Part shown: positions 1 through 9,500 of the stretch, piece after piece | Numbering within the stretch: position 1 is the first letter of the stretch | Layout: the number at the start of each line of letters is the position of its first letter | Assembly (NCBI RefSeq): GCF_001644705.1 | Contig: NZ_CP015137.1 | Location: 4,650,001-4,682,000, forward strand | Direction: 5' to 3' | DNA: 32,000 nucleotides | Origin: Dickeya solani IPO 2222 | GTDB lineage: Bacteria > Pseudomonadota > Gammaproteobacteria > Enterobacterales > Enterobacteriaceae | Translations under genes and position numbers: made by a program | Notes under the pieces: model-generated | Told to the model about the DNA's origin: nothing | Database searches by the model: none | Seen by the model: only the letters and a program-made list of their open reading frames with translations

Positions 1-264
1 AGAAATAATTATAAAAACCAACTTCATCACTCATAATAAATCTATAAGACAACGAATAAACGCCACCTGTATTTACATTGTGATGGCGAGTTATTTATAT
101 TCTATTTTTATACTAAGTTCTAGCGCTAAAACCTGCAGGCCCGTCGTCTGTCTTGAGCGGATAGTATCAGTAGATTAATTAAATCCGATCTAATAATTAC
201 TTTAGCTTATATTTCCACCTTTTATCTGAAATCTAGAACAGGAAAACCAGAATTAGTTCAGCAA

Positions 265-292
265 GATTTCCCCACAACAGGTTGGGGAAATC
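265..292 (-). terminator. Stem-loop just downstream of urtE (possible operon terminator)
   Basis: Perfect 10-bp inverted repeat GATTTCCCCA (265-274) / TGGGGAAATC (283-292) with an 8-nt loop, 15 nt past the urtE stop. The trailing U-tract on the minus strand is weak (TTGCTGAACTAATT...). Confidence 0.4.
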
Positions 293-306
293 TTCGGTTA
301 TTAAAA

Positions 307-1005
307 CTAAATAGCCACCAAGTGCCGGACGCCCTGCGCTTCCATCTCCTCGCCTCTTCCATGCTGGATTATCGTGCCACGCGACATCACCAGATACTGA
401 TCCGCCAGTTCGGCGGCAAAATCATAGAACTGCTCGACCAGTAAAATCGCCATATCGCCACGGTTTGCCAGGCCGCGGATCACCGCGCCGATCTCTTTGA
501 TAACCGAAGGCTGGATCCCTTCGGTCGGTTCGTCGAGGATCAGTAACTGCGGTTTACAGGCCAGCGCCCTGCCGATAGCAAGCTGCTGCTGCTGCCCGCC
601 GGAGAGATCCCCGCCCCGTCGTTGTTTCATTTCTCGCAGGACAGGGAAGAGTTCGTAAATCTCCTCCGGCACCGTTTTCGCCTGGCTGCCGGGAAAGCGC
701 GACAACCCCATCAACAGGTTTTCCTCAACGGTGAGACGCGGAAAAATCTCCCGGCCTTGCGGCACATAGGCAATACCTTGTTGTACCCGCTGGTGCGGCT
801 TACTGTGATTGATAAGCTTACCCTGCCAGTGAATGGTGCCGGACTTCGCCGGAATAATGCCCATCAGACATTTCAGCAGCGTGGTTTTACCCACGCCGTT
901 ACGCCCGAGCAGGCAGGTAATCTCGCCGGGCGTGGTTTCAAACGATAAGCCACGCAGAATATGGCTGCCGCCGTAATACTGGTTTAAATCCTTAACCTGC
1001 AACAT
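307..1005 (-). CDS. urtE: Urea ABC transporter ATP-binding protein UrtE
   Basis: 232-aa ORF. Walker A GRNGVGKTT, ABC signature LSGGQQQQL, Walker B LLILDEP. LivF-like, and last gene of a urtABCDE-ordered cluster. Starts 3 nt after the urtD stop. Confidence 0.9.
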   Translation of the reverse strand: MLQVKDLNQYYGGSHILRGLSFETTPGEITCLLGRNGVGKTTLLKCLMGIIPAKSGTIHWQGKLINHSKPHQRVQQGIAYVPQGREIFPRLTVEENLLMGLSRFPGSQAKTVPEEIYELFPVLREMKQRRGGDLSGGQQQQLAIGRALACKPQLLILDEPTEGIQPSVIKEIGAVIRGLANRGDMAILLVEQFYDFAAELADQYLVMSRGTIIQHGRGEEMEAQGVRHLVAI

Positions 1006-1007
1006 GT

Positions 1008-1799
1008 TCAGCGCCCCAGATAAACGTCGATAACCTGTTCATTCGCCTGCACCTCACGAAGCGAGCCTTCCGCTAATACCTGCCCCTGATGCAGCACGGT
1101 CACGTGATCGGCAATGGTTTCGACAAAGCCCATATCGTGTTCGACCACCATCAGCGAATGCTTACCCGCCAGCGAACGAAACAGCTCGGCGATATAGTCG
1201 GTTTCCGCATCCGTCAGCCCGGCGGCGGGTTCATCCAACAACAGCAAGTGCGGTTCCTGCACCAGCAACATGCCGATTTCCAGAAACTGTTTTTGCCCAT
1301 GCGACAGCAGCCCGGACTGACGATGTCGGTATTCGGTCAGTCTGAGCAACTGCAACACCTCGTCGATGCGATCCCGTTGCTCGCCGCTCAGTGTCGCCCG
1401 CAGGCTGGCCCAGACCGACTTATCCATTTTTTGCGCGATTTCAAGGTTTTCCATCACGCTCAGGGCTTCAAATACGGTCGGTTTCTGAAACTTCCGCCCG
1501 ATCCCCACCCGGGCGATGTCGACGGATGACATCCCTACCAGATCGATATTCTGGTCGTAAAACACCTTGCCGCTGTCCGGGCGCGTTTTGCCGGTGATCA
1601 CGTCCATCAGGGTGGTTTTCCCCGCCCCGTTCGGCCCGATCACGCAGCGTAGTTCGCCGACGCCAATCGACAGCGACAGGTCGGTCAGCGCGCGAAAAGC
1701 GTCAAAGGTGACGTTGATATTTTCTAACTGCAATACCGGATCGGTGGTCTCGCGATAGCGGTCCTGACGTTGCGGCTGGGTAAACAGCGAGTCAGTCAT
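1008..1799 (-). CDS. urtD: Urea ABC transporter ATP-binding protein UrtD
   Basis: LivG-like ATPase: GPNGAGKTT, LSHGQKQFLEIG, LLLLDEP. Start set at ATG 1799 (MTDSLF...), preceded by GGAGGA and overlapping the urtC stop (ATGACTGA). The ORF-track start at 1823 is a TTG with no better support. Confidence 0.88.
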   Translation of the reverse strand: MTDSLFTQPQRQDRYRETTDPVLQLENINVTFDAFRALTDLSLSIGVGELRCVIGPNGAGKTTLMDVITGKTRPDSGKVFYDQNIDLVGMSSVDIARVGIGRKFQKPTVFEALSVMENLEIAQKMDKSVWASLRATLSGEQRDRIDEVLQLLRLTEYRHRQSGLLSHGQKQFLEIGMLLVQEPHLLLLDEPAAGLTDAETDYIAELFRSLAGKHSLMVVEHDMGFVETIADHVTVLHQGQVLAEGSLREVQANEQVIDVYLGR

Positions 1800-2868
1800 G
1801 CTTCCTCCGTTTGAGAAGGCCAATTACGCCACGCGGCAGGAAAAGCGTGACCAGAATAAACATCAGCCCAAGGAAGAAGAGCCAAAAATCCGGGAACGCC
1901 ACGGTGAACCAGCTTTTGGCGCCGTTGACGATACCCGCGCCAAGGATCGGACCAATCAGCGAGCCACGCCCGCCGAGCGCCACCCAGATGGCGGCTTCGA
2001 TGGAATTGGTCGGCGACATCTCGCTTGGGTTAATAATGCCCACCTGCGGCACGTACAGCGCGCCCGCCAGCCCGCACAGCACGGCGGAGAGTGTCCAGAC
2101 AAACAGCTTGAAACCTTTGGGATCGTAGCCGCAGAACATCAACCGGTTTTCAGCATCGCGCACAGCGGTAAGCACGCGACCAAATTTGCTGCGCGTGAGC
2201 AGCACGCCAATCGCCAGCGAGCCAGCCAGCAGCAGCACGGTGGTCACGAACAGCGCAATACGGGTACCGGTTGCTGAAACCGGGAACCCCAGTAGCGAGG
2301 TAAAACCAGTGAAGCCGTTGTTACCGCCAAAGCCGGTTTCGTTACGGAAGAACAGCAGCATTCCGGCGTAGGTCAGCGCCTGGGTCATGATGGAGAAGTA
2401 CACGTCTTTGATACGCGAACGGAAGGCAAAGTAGCCGAACACCAGCGCCAGCAGGCCGGGAACCAGAATAATCAGGCACAGCGCCCAGGCGAAATGCTGC
2501 GTTCCCGCCCAGAACCACGGCAGTTCGGTCCACGACAGAAACGACATAAACGCCGGTAGCCCGTCACCGGCGGCCTGTCGCATCAGGTACATCCCCATCG
2601 CATAGCCACCGAGCGCGAAGAACAGACCATGCCCCAGCGACAATAGCCCCGCGTAACCCCACACCAAGTCCAGCGCTACCGCGACAATCGCATAGCAGAG
2701 GATTTTGCCGATCAACGTCAGCATATAGGTGGAGACAGCCAGTGGGTTGTCCGCCGGCAGCAGCGCGAAAAAGGGCAACATCAGCAGCGCGGCTAACACC
2801 AGTGCAGCCAGTGTACAAGTCAGGCGCGGCGCGCGTCGGGCCACCGTCAGCATAATAGGTTGGCTCAT
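1792..2868 (-). CDS. urtC: Urea ABC transporter permease UrtC
   Basis: 358-aa polytopic LivM-type permease. Its ATG overlaps the urtB stop (ATGA at 2866-2870). Confidence 0.88.
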   Translation of the reverse strand: MSQPIMLTVARRAPRLTCTLAALVLAALLMLPFFALLPADNPLAVSTYMLTLIGKILCYAIVAVALDLVWGYAGLLSLGHGLFFALGGYAMGMYLMRQAAGDGLPAFMSFLSWTELPWFWAGTQHFAWALCLIILVPGLLALVFGYFAFRSRIKDVYFSIMTQALTYAGMLLFFRNETGFGGNNGFTGFTSLLGFPVSATGTRIALFVTTVLLLAGSLAIGVLLTRSKFGRVLTAVRDAENRLMFCGYDPKGFKLFVWTLSAVLCGLAGALYVPQVGIINPSEMSPTNSIEAAIWVALGGRGSLIGPILGAGIVNGAKSWFTVAFPDFWLFFLGLMFILVTLFLPRGVIGLLKRRKHD

Positions 2869-4442
2869 CAGTCAATTACCCGCCCTTTGAATGCAAACAA
2901 TCCTTGCGGCCGTTTCTGAATAAACAGCACGATCAAGACCAGAATGTCGATTTTGCCGAGCACCGCGCCAATCTGCGGTTCCAGCACTTTATTGAGCACA
3001 CCCAGCCCCAGCGCGGCGACCACCGTTCCCGCCAGTTGCCCTACGCCGCCGGTCACCACCACCAGGAAGGAGTCGATGATATAACCCTGCCCCAGCTCCG
3101 GGCCGACGTTGCCAAGCTGCGATAGCGCCACGCCCCCCAGCCCGGCGATGCCTGAGCCTAAACCAAAGGCCAGCATGTCGACGCGCCCGGTTGGCACGCC
3201 GCAGCAGTCCGCCATCCGGCGATTTTGCGTTACCGCACGCACATTCATCCCGAGCCGGGTTTTATTCAGCAGCAGCCAGGTCAGGATCAGCACGCCGACG
3301 ACAAAAATAATCACCGCGATGCGGTTATACGGCAGCACCAGATTGGGCAGCACCGACCAGCCGCCGGAGAGCCAGCCAGGGTTGGCGACTTCGAGGTTTT
3401 GCGTGCCAAACAACACGCGCACCAGTTGGATCAGCATCAGGCTGATCCCCCAGGTAGCAAGCAGGGTTTCCAGTGGTCTGCCGTAGAGGTGGCGAATAAT
3501 GGCGCGCTCCAGAAACATCCCCACCGCGGCGGTGATAAAGAACGCCACCGGCAGCGCCACCAGCGGGTACGCCGCCAGCCAGTCGGGGGCGAAACGTTGA
3601 AACAGATCCTGCACCAGCCAGGTGGAATACGCGCCGATCATCAGCATTTCGCCGTGGGCCATATTGATAACGCCCAGCAGGCCGTAAGTGATCGCCAGCC
3701 CCAACGCCGCCAGCAGCAGAATCGAGCCGAGCGAGATACCGCTGAACGCCTGCCCAAGCCAGTCGCCCCATTTCAGGCGCTGCTGAACCTGCTCAAGACT
3801 TGCGACGGCCGCTTCCCGCACGGCGGAATCGGGTTCATTTTGCGGCTGCGTTAAACGCATCAGGCTGGCCTGTACCTGTGGATCGCTGGCTTCGCCAAGC
3901 AGTTTGACCGCCTGCAAGCGCATTTCAGCCCGACTGTCGGAGAGTTGCAGGTTAGCCACCGCGATGGCGAGCGCCGTATGTACGCTTTCATTTTTATCCG
4001 CCGCCAGACGTTGGGTCAGAAACGGCAACTGTTCGGCCTGGGCGTTGTTTTGCAAAGCCAGCGCCGCACGCAGGCGCACCTTATCGTCGTTGCTCACCAG
4101 CTGATGCGTCGCCAGTGCGCTGGCGACCAACCCGCGAAGTCGGTTATTCATAAACACTTTCTTCGTTGCTCCCGTCGGCACGGCGTTGCCTTCCAGAGGG
4201 GCAAGCTTGCCGTCCTGTTCGGTGAACAACTGGTCGTTCTGATCGGCGACAACGGATTCATCACTCAGCGCCTGCAATAAGGGCAACCGCGATGCCTCCG
4301 GCGCGGCAGCCCACTGCTGGAGCAACTGCGCCTGCTGCGTGCGGCTGGCCCGGCCGTAGTCGGCGGCGGGTCCAGCCTGTGCTGAGGGAGTCATCAGCGG
4401 GCAGCTAAAAATGAGAAAGCCCAAAAACGGGAATATTTTCAT
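2868..4442 (-). CDS. urtB: Urea ABC transporter permease UrtB with a ~230-aa N-terminal signal peptide plus HEAT-like repeat extension
   Basis: 524-aa ORF. The C-terminal ~290 aa is a LivH-type permease core (...GVINMAHGEMLMIGAY...). The N-terminus MKIFPFLGFLIFSCPLMTPSAQA looks like a signal peptide. It is followed by Ala/Leu-rich helical repeats (e.g. DDKVRLRAALALQNN, EMRLQAVKLLGEASDPQVQ, DSAVREAAVASLEQ). Confidence 0.85.
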   Translation of the reverse strand: MKIFPFLGFLIFSCPLMTPSAQAGPAADYGRASRTQQAQLLQQWAAAPEASRLPLLQALSDESVVADQNDQLFTEQDGKLAPLEGNAVPTGATKKVFMNNRLRGLVASALATHQLVSNDDKVRLRAALALQNNAQAEQLPFLTQRLAADKNESVHTALAIAVANLQLSDSRAEMRLQAVKLLGEASDPQVQASLMRLTQPQNEPDSAVREAAVASLEQVQQRLKWGDWLGQAFSGISLGSILLLAALGLAITYGLLGVINMAHGEMLMIGAYSTWLVQDLFQRFAPDWLAAYPLVALPVAFFITAAVGMFLERAIIRHLYGRPLETLLATWGISLMLIQLVRVLFGTQNLEVANPGWLSGGWSVLPNLVLPYNRIAVIIFVVGVLILTWLLLNKTRLGMNVRAVTQNRRMADCCGVPTGRVDMLAFGLGSGIAGLGGVALSQLGNVGPELGQGYIIDSFLVVVTGGVGQLAGTVVAALGLGVLNKVLEPQIGAVLGKIDILVLIVLFIQKRPQGLFAFKGRVID

Positions 4443-4493
4443 TGTGTCAGTGTCTTCTGATGGTTATCCGGCCTCGCCGGAACATTCAACCAC

Positions 4494-4519
4494 TGACAGG
4501 GGCAACCCTGCCCCTGTCA
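4494..4519 (-). promoter_or_regulatory. Intercistronic stem-loop between urtA and urtB
   Basis: Perfect 11-bp inverted repeat TGACAGGGGCA (4494-4504) / TGCCCCTGTCA (4509-4519) with a 4-nt loop, in the 91-nt urtA-urtB gap. No clean U-tract follows on the minus strand. A second small hairpin, CCGGC-ctc-GCCGG, lies nearby. Confidence 0.6.
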
Positions 4520-4533
4520 CTTACCGCACGGGG

Positions 4534-5805
4534 TTATTTGCCGCCGGTTTTCACCGGGTAATCCGGTTTTTTGTCATTGCCGGCGATATACGGGCTCCAT
4601 GGTTGGGCGCGAACCGGCTTATCGGTCTGCCACACTACGTTGAACTGACCGTTTTCTTCGATTTCGCCAATCATCACCGGTTTATGTAAGTGATGATTGG
4701 TGGCATCCATGGTCAGGGTGAAGCCGCTCGGGGCGGTAAAACTCTGGCCGGCCATCGCCGCGCGCACTTTATCCACATCAGTGGTGCCTGCTTTCTCGAC
4801 CGCCTGCGCCCACATATGAATGCCGACATAGGTCGCTTCCATCGGATCATTGGTCACTACGGTATCGGCGTTCGGCAACTTGTGCGCTTTAGCGTAAGCG
4901 CGGTAATCGGCAACAAACTGGGTGTTCACCGGGTTACTGACCGACTCAAAGTAGTTCCACGCCGCCAGATGACCAACCAGCGGTTTGGTGTCGATACCGC
5001 GCAGTTCCTCTTCGCCCACCGAGAACGCGACAACCGGGACATCGGTCGCTTTGATGCCCTGATTTGCCAGCTCTTTATAGAACGGCACGTTGGAATCGCC
5101 GTTGATGGTGGAGATCACCGCCGTTTTGCCGCCAGCGGCGAATTTTTTGATGTTGGCGACGATGGTCTGGTAATCGCTGTAGCCAAACGGGGTGTAGATC
5201 TCTTCGATGTCTTTATCCTGAACGCCTTTGGCGTGCAGGAACGCTCTTAGGATCTTGTTGGTAGTACGCGGATAGACGTAGTCGGTGCCGAGCAGGAAGA
5301 AGCGCTTCGCGCCGCCGCCGTCTTCACTCATCGTGTATTCCACCGCCGGAATCGCCTGCTGGTTCGGCGCCGCGCCGGTATAGAACACGTTTGGTGACAT
5401 CTCTTCACCTTCATACTGTACCGGGTAGAACAGCAGGCCATTCAGTTCCTCAAACACCGGCAGTACTGATTTACGCGATACCGAGGTCCAACAGCCAAAC
5501 ACCACGGCGGCTTTATCCTGGGTCAGCAACTGGCGGGCTTTTTCCGCAAACAACGGCCAGTTAGAGGCGGGGTCGACCACCACCGGCTCCAGTTTTTTAC
5601 CCAGCACGCCACCCCTGGCATTAATTTCATCAATGGTCATCAGCGCCATGTCTTTCAGCGGCGTTTCCGAGATAGCCATAGTGCCGGACAGGGAGTGCAT
5701 GATCCCCACTTTAATGGTGTCGGCGGCGGTTGCCTGTAAAGAAAAGCCCATGCTCAAAAAGGTGGCGGATAGGGCAAATGCTTTCAGTAAAGAACGTCTT
5801 TTCAT
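4534..5805 (-). CDS. urtA: Urea ABC transporter periplasmic substrate-binding protein UrtA
   Basis: 423 aa. Signal peptide MKRRSLLKAFALSATFLSMGFSLQATA, then the typical UrtA N-terminus TIKVGIMHSLSGTMAISETPLKD. First gene of the urtABCDE order. Confidence 0.9.
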   Translation of the reverse strand: MKRRSLLKAFALSATFLSMGFSLQATAADTIKVGIMHSLSGTMAISETPLKDMALMTIDEINARGGVLGKKLEPVVVDPASNWPLFAEKARQLLTQDKAAVVFGCWTSVSRKSVLPVFEELNGLLFYPVQYEGEEMSPNVFYTGAAPNQQAIPAVEYTMSEDGGGAKRFFLLGTDYVYPRTTNKILRAFLHAKGVQDKDIEEIYTPFGYSDYQTIVANIKKFAAGGKTAVISTINGDSNVPFYKELANQGIKATDVPVVAFSVGEEELRGIDTKPLVGHLAAWNYFESVSNPVNTQFVADYRAYAKAHKLPNADTVVTNDPMEATYVGIHMWAQAVEKAGTTDVDKVRAAMAGQSFTAPSGFTLTMDATNHHLHKPVMIGEIEENGQFNVVWQTDKPVRAQPWSPYIAGNDKKPDYPVKTGGK

Positions 5806-5846
5806 TACAAAACCCCTAAATGATATCGATTAATTAATGTTCCCCG

Positions 5847-5862
5847 CCGCGCGCCGGCGCGG
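5847..5862 (-). promoter_or_regulatory. GC hairpin in the 65-nt gap between the GntR gene and urtA
   Basis: CCGCGC (5847-5852) / GCGCGG (5857-5862) with loop GCCG. On the minus strand it is followed by the AT palindrome TTAATTAA (5830-5837) and the urtA RBS. There is no U-tract, so it is not a classic terminator. Confidence 0.3.
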
Positions 5863-5870
5863 AGCCACGA

Positions 5871-6572
5871 TTACGGTGAAACGGGTTGTAAACTTGCCTG
5901 CTGGAGCATGTGTAACGTGATTTTTCTGACCTCGGCTTTACTCTGGGAAATATGCTCGGTCAGAATGCGCTGCGCCTCCTCGGTCTGTTGTTTCAGGATC
6001 GCCTGCAAAATACGGGCATGTTCGTTATAGGTTGCGTCCACACGGTCCTCGCGGGTGAAATCGAGGTGACGAATGATGCGCATCTTCTCGGTTAACTCCA
6101 CATGAACACGTGTCATTTCACTGTTGCCGCTGGTGCTAACCAGCGTGGTGTGAAATTGCTCATCCTGAAGCGATAACGCTTTACTGGGCTCCATACGGGG
6201 CGAATCGATCCAGAAGCTGACCAGCGGCGCCAGATGCTCTGAACAGATGCCGGGCGGCATGCCGCAAAGGCGTCTTACCGCTTCCCTTTCCAGCACGATA
6301 CGAAAATCGTACAGTGCTTCGAAATAGTTGAAATCAAAAGGCTTTACCTGCCATCCGCTGCGGGAGTAAACCTGTACGTAGCCCTCATGCTCCAGCCAGA
6401 ACAGCGCCTGGCGCACCGGGGTACGGCTGGCGGACATCCGCTCGGAGATCTCGTTTTCGCTGAAATGCGCGCCGGGCATTAAACGAAAATCGAAGATGTC
6501 GTTTTTCAGCTCGTGGTAGATGCGCTCCGCCAGTCCAACGGTGCGTTTTTTACCGCTCTTTTCGCTTTCCAT
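5871..6572 (-). CDS. GntR-family (FadR/FCD-type) transcriptional regulator
   Basis: N-terminal winged-HTH (FSENEISERMSASRTPVRQALFWLEHEGYV) plus an all-helical FCD-like C-terminal domain. Start set at ATG 6572 (MESEKSGKK...), preceded by GGAGG with 5-nt spacing. The ORF-track start at 6596 is a GTG overlapping the urea carboxylase stop. Confidence 0.85.
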   Translation of the reverse strand: MESEKSGKKRTVGLAERIYHELKNDIFDFRLMPGAHFSENEISERMSASRTPVRQALFWLEHEGYVQVYSRSGWQVKPFDFNYFEALYDFRIVLEREAVRRLCGMPPGICSEHLAPLVSFWIDSPRMEPSKALSLQDEQFHTTLVSTSGNSEMTRVHVELTEKMRIIRHLDFTREDRVDATYNEHARILQAILKQQTEEAQRILTEHISQSKAEVRKITLHMLQQASLQPVSP

Positions 6573-6583
6573 CAGTGCCTCCG

Positions 6584-9500
6584 TTATTCCAGCCACATCA
6601 GCGTATCGCCGGGGCTGACCGGGCGCCCGGGCTGGCAGGCAATGCGTTTGACTTTGCCGCCCTGCGGCGCGTTGATTGCCAACTCCATCTTCATCGCTTC
6701 CACAATGATGAGCGACTGCCCTTCTTCCACCGTATCGCCCGGATTGACCAGTACCTTCCAGATGTTGCCGTTCATGTCTGCACAGACCGGCAGTGCGCCG
6801 TCATCAACCTCGGCCACCGCCTCAGGAACGAGGCTGTCGACAACCACCGCCTGCTCGTCTTGTTGCCAGCGTTCAACCTCGGCCTCAAAGGCCTCCGTCT
6901 GGCGCGTGCGAAAATCGGCGATGTCCGCCGCATGGGTTTGCAAGAATTGCAGGTGCTGCGGGAAATCAAACACCGTCTCTTCGATACGGATCGTCGCGCG
7001 CCCTTCGCGGAAGTCGTCGCGCAGTTGGTTCAGTTCGTCTTCGCTCACCGGATAGAAACGCACCTGATCAAAGAAGCGCAGCAGCCACGGCTCACCCGCC
7101 TGAAACTGCTCGTTTTTCAGGAATTTGTTCCAGATAGGCAATGTACGCCCCACCAGTTGATAACCACCGGGAGAGTCCATGCCGTAGATGCACATGTACA
7201 TCCCGCCTATGCCTACCGTGCCCTCGGCGGTGAAGGTGCGCGCCGGGTTATACTTGGAGCTCAGCAGCCGGTGGCGCGGGTCGACCGGTACGGCGCAAGG
7301 CGCGCCAAGGTAAACATCGCCGAGGCCAAGAATCAGATAGCTGGCGTCGAAGAGGGTCTGTTTCACTTCATCACGGCTGGATAATCCGTTGATACGCTGG
7401 ATAAAATCGACGTTGTTCGGTAGCCACGGCGCGCTGGCGCGAACCGTGTCTGTATAACGGCTGACGGCGTCAAGGGTAGCGCTGTCTTCAAAGGCCATCG
7501 GCATATGGACAATACGCGACGGCACCTTCATCCGGCTGACATCGCCAATGCGCGTCTCCAGCTCCAGCAGCAGCGCCACCAGCGTCTGCTGGCTGATTTC
7601 CAGGCTGTCATAACGCACCTGCAGGGAACGCACGCCGGGCGAAAGCTCTTTGATCCCCGGATGCGCCAGCGCGCGCAGGTGTTCCATCAGCAGATGGACG
7701 CGCAGACGCAGCGCCAGATCCAGCACATTGTCGCCATACTCAATCAGAATGTAGTTATCCCCGGCCTGGCGATAGACAATCGCCGGCGCCCCTGCGGCGG
7801 CAGGCAGCGATATCAGCGCGGCGGCGGAAACGCCGTCACGGTCAGCAAGCGAGGGCGTAGCGAACGCAGCCGCGCGACTGGCGTGCAGCGTTTCAATGCT
7901 GCGCTCCTGCGCTTTTTCCACCGCCACCGCCTCTTCCACGCTTATCGGGTAGAAGCGGATGCGGTCGCCCGGTTTGACCTGCCCAACTTTCCACAGCTCC
8001 GCTTTGGCAATCGTCACCGGGCAGACAAAACCGCCGAGGCTCGGGCCGTCGCGGGTAAGGATCACCGGGAAATCGCCGGTGAAGTTGATGGCGCCCATCG
8101 CGTATTCACAGTCGTGAACGTTAGAGGGGTGCAGACCGGCCTCGCCGCCGTTCGGGCGCGTCCAGCTTGGCTTCGGCCCGACCAGACGCACGCCCAGGCG
8201 GTTAGAGTTGTAGTGCACCTGCCAGTCGCTGGCGAAGAACTCGTCGATAGACGCCTGGGTGAAGAAGTCCGGCGCGCCGTGCGGCCCGTACAGTACGCCG
8301 ATGCGCCACACCTCGCCATAAGTCGGGATCAGCGACGCCGAAAGCGCCTGCGGTTCGCTCACCGGCGCAGGTGTGGTACAGGCCGCCAGTTCGGGGCGTG
8401 AGATTGGCAATAAATCTGCCACTTTCAGCGTGCGTCCGGCGTGCCCGCCAAACTGCCCCAGCGCAAAGGTGGAGCGGCTGCCGAGGTATTCCGGCACATC
8501 AATGCCGTTACGTACCGCCATATAGGCGCGGCATCCGACCTGCGCGCGCCCAAGCGCTAACGTCTGCCCTGCCTTCACCGTCACCGGCCGCCACAGCGGT
8601 ACCGTTTCGCCATCAAGAGTAGCCCGGCAGTCCGCGCCGGTCAGCGCGATCACCGCCTCGCTGTGAAACTGCAATACCGGGCCTTGCAGAGTAAATTCCA
8701 GCCCCGCCGCCGCTTCATGGTTGCCCACAATGCGGTTGGCGAGGCGGAAGGCGAAATCATCCATCGGGCCGGAGGGCGGCACGCCGATGTCCCAGTAGCC
8801 CAGACGTCCCGGATAATCCTGAATGCTGCTCCAGGTGCCGGGCTGCAGCACTTCGATTACCGCCGACTGGGCGACAACGCTGTCGAGCATCCGTGTCCAG
8901 ACGCGGCCGCTCTGGAAGGCGGCGCTAGCGGTAATCTGGCGCAGGTAATCCAGGTTGGTGGTGATGCCATGCAGACGAGTGGCGTCGAGCGCCGCCTGCA
9001 ATTTTGCCAGCGCCTCTTCGCGTGTTTCCCCCTGCACAATCAGCTTGGCGATCATCGGATCGTAAAACGCGGATACCTCGCTGCCGGTGCTCACGCCGGT
9101 ATCAATGCGCACGCCGTCCGGAAAAGACACTTCCGTTAATACGCCGGGGCTCGGCAGGAAATTTTTCAGCGGATTTTCCGCATAGATGCGCACTTCGATG
9201 GCCGCTCCCTGCGGTGCCTGCGTCAGTCGCGCCCAGTCAACGGGTTCATCTGCCGCCACGCGTAGCATGCACTCCACCAGATCCAGCCCGGTCACGCACT
9301 CGGTCACCGGGTGTTCAACCTGCAGGCGGGTGTTCACTTCAAGAAAATAGAAAGCGTCCAGTTCAGCGTCGTAGATAAATTCCACCGTCCCGGCGCTGCG
9401 ATAGTCAACCTGTTTGCCAAGCTGCACGGCGGCGCTCAGCAACGCTTCGCGGGTAGCCGCAGGCAGATGCGGCGCGGGGGTCTCTTCCACCACTTTTTGA

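Noticed and set aside
1-264. AT-rich 264-bp ORF-free stretch at the left edge.
   Set aside because: It has no recognisable tRNA, sRNA, repeat or att-like feature. It is probably the intergenic or promoter region of a gene left of the window, and it cannot be interpreted without flanking sequence.
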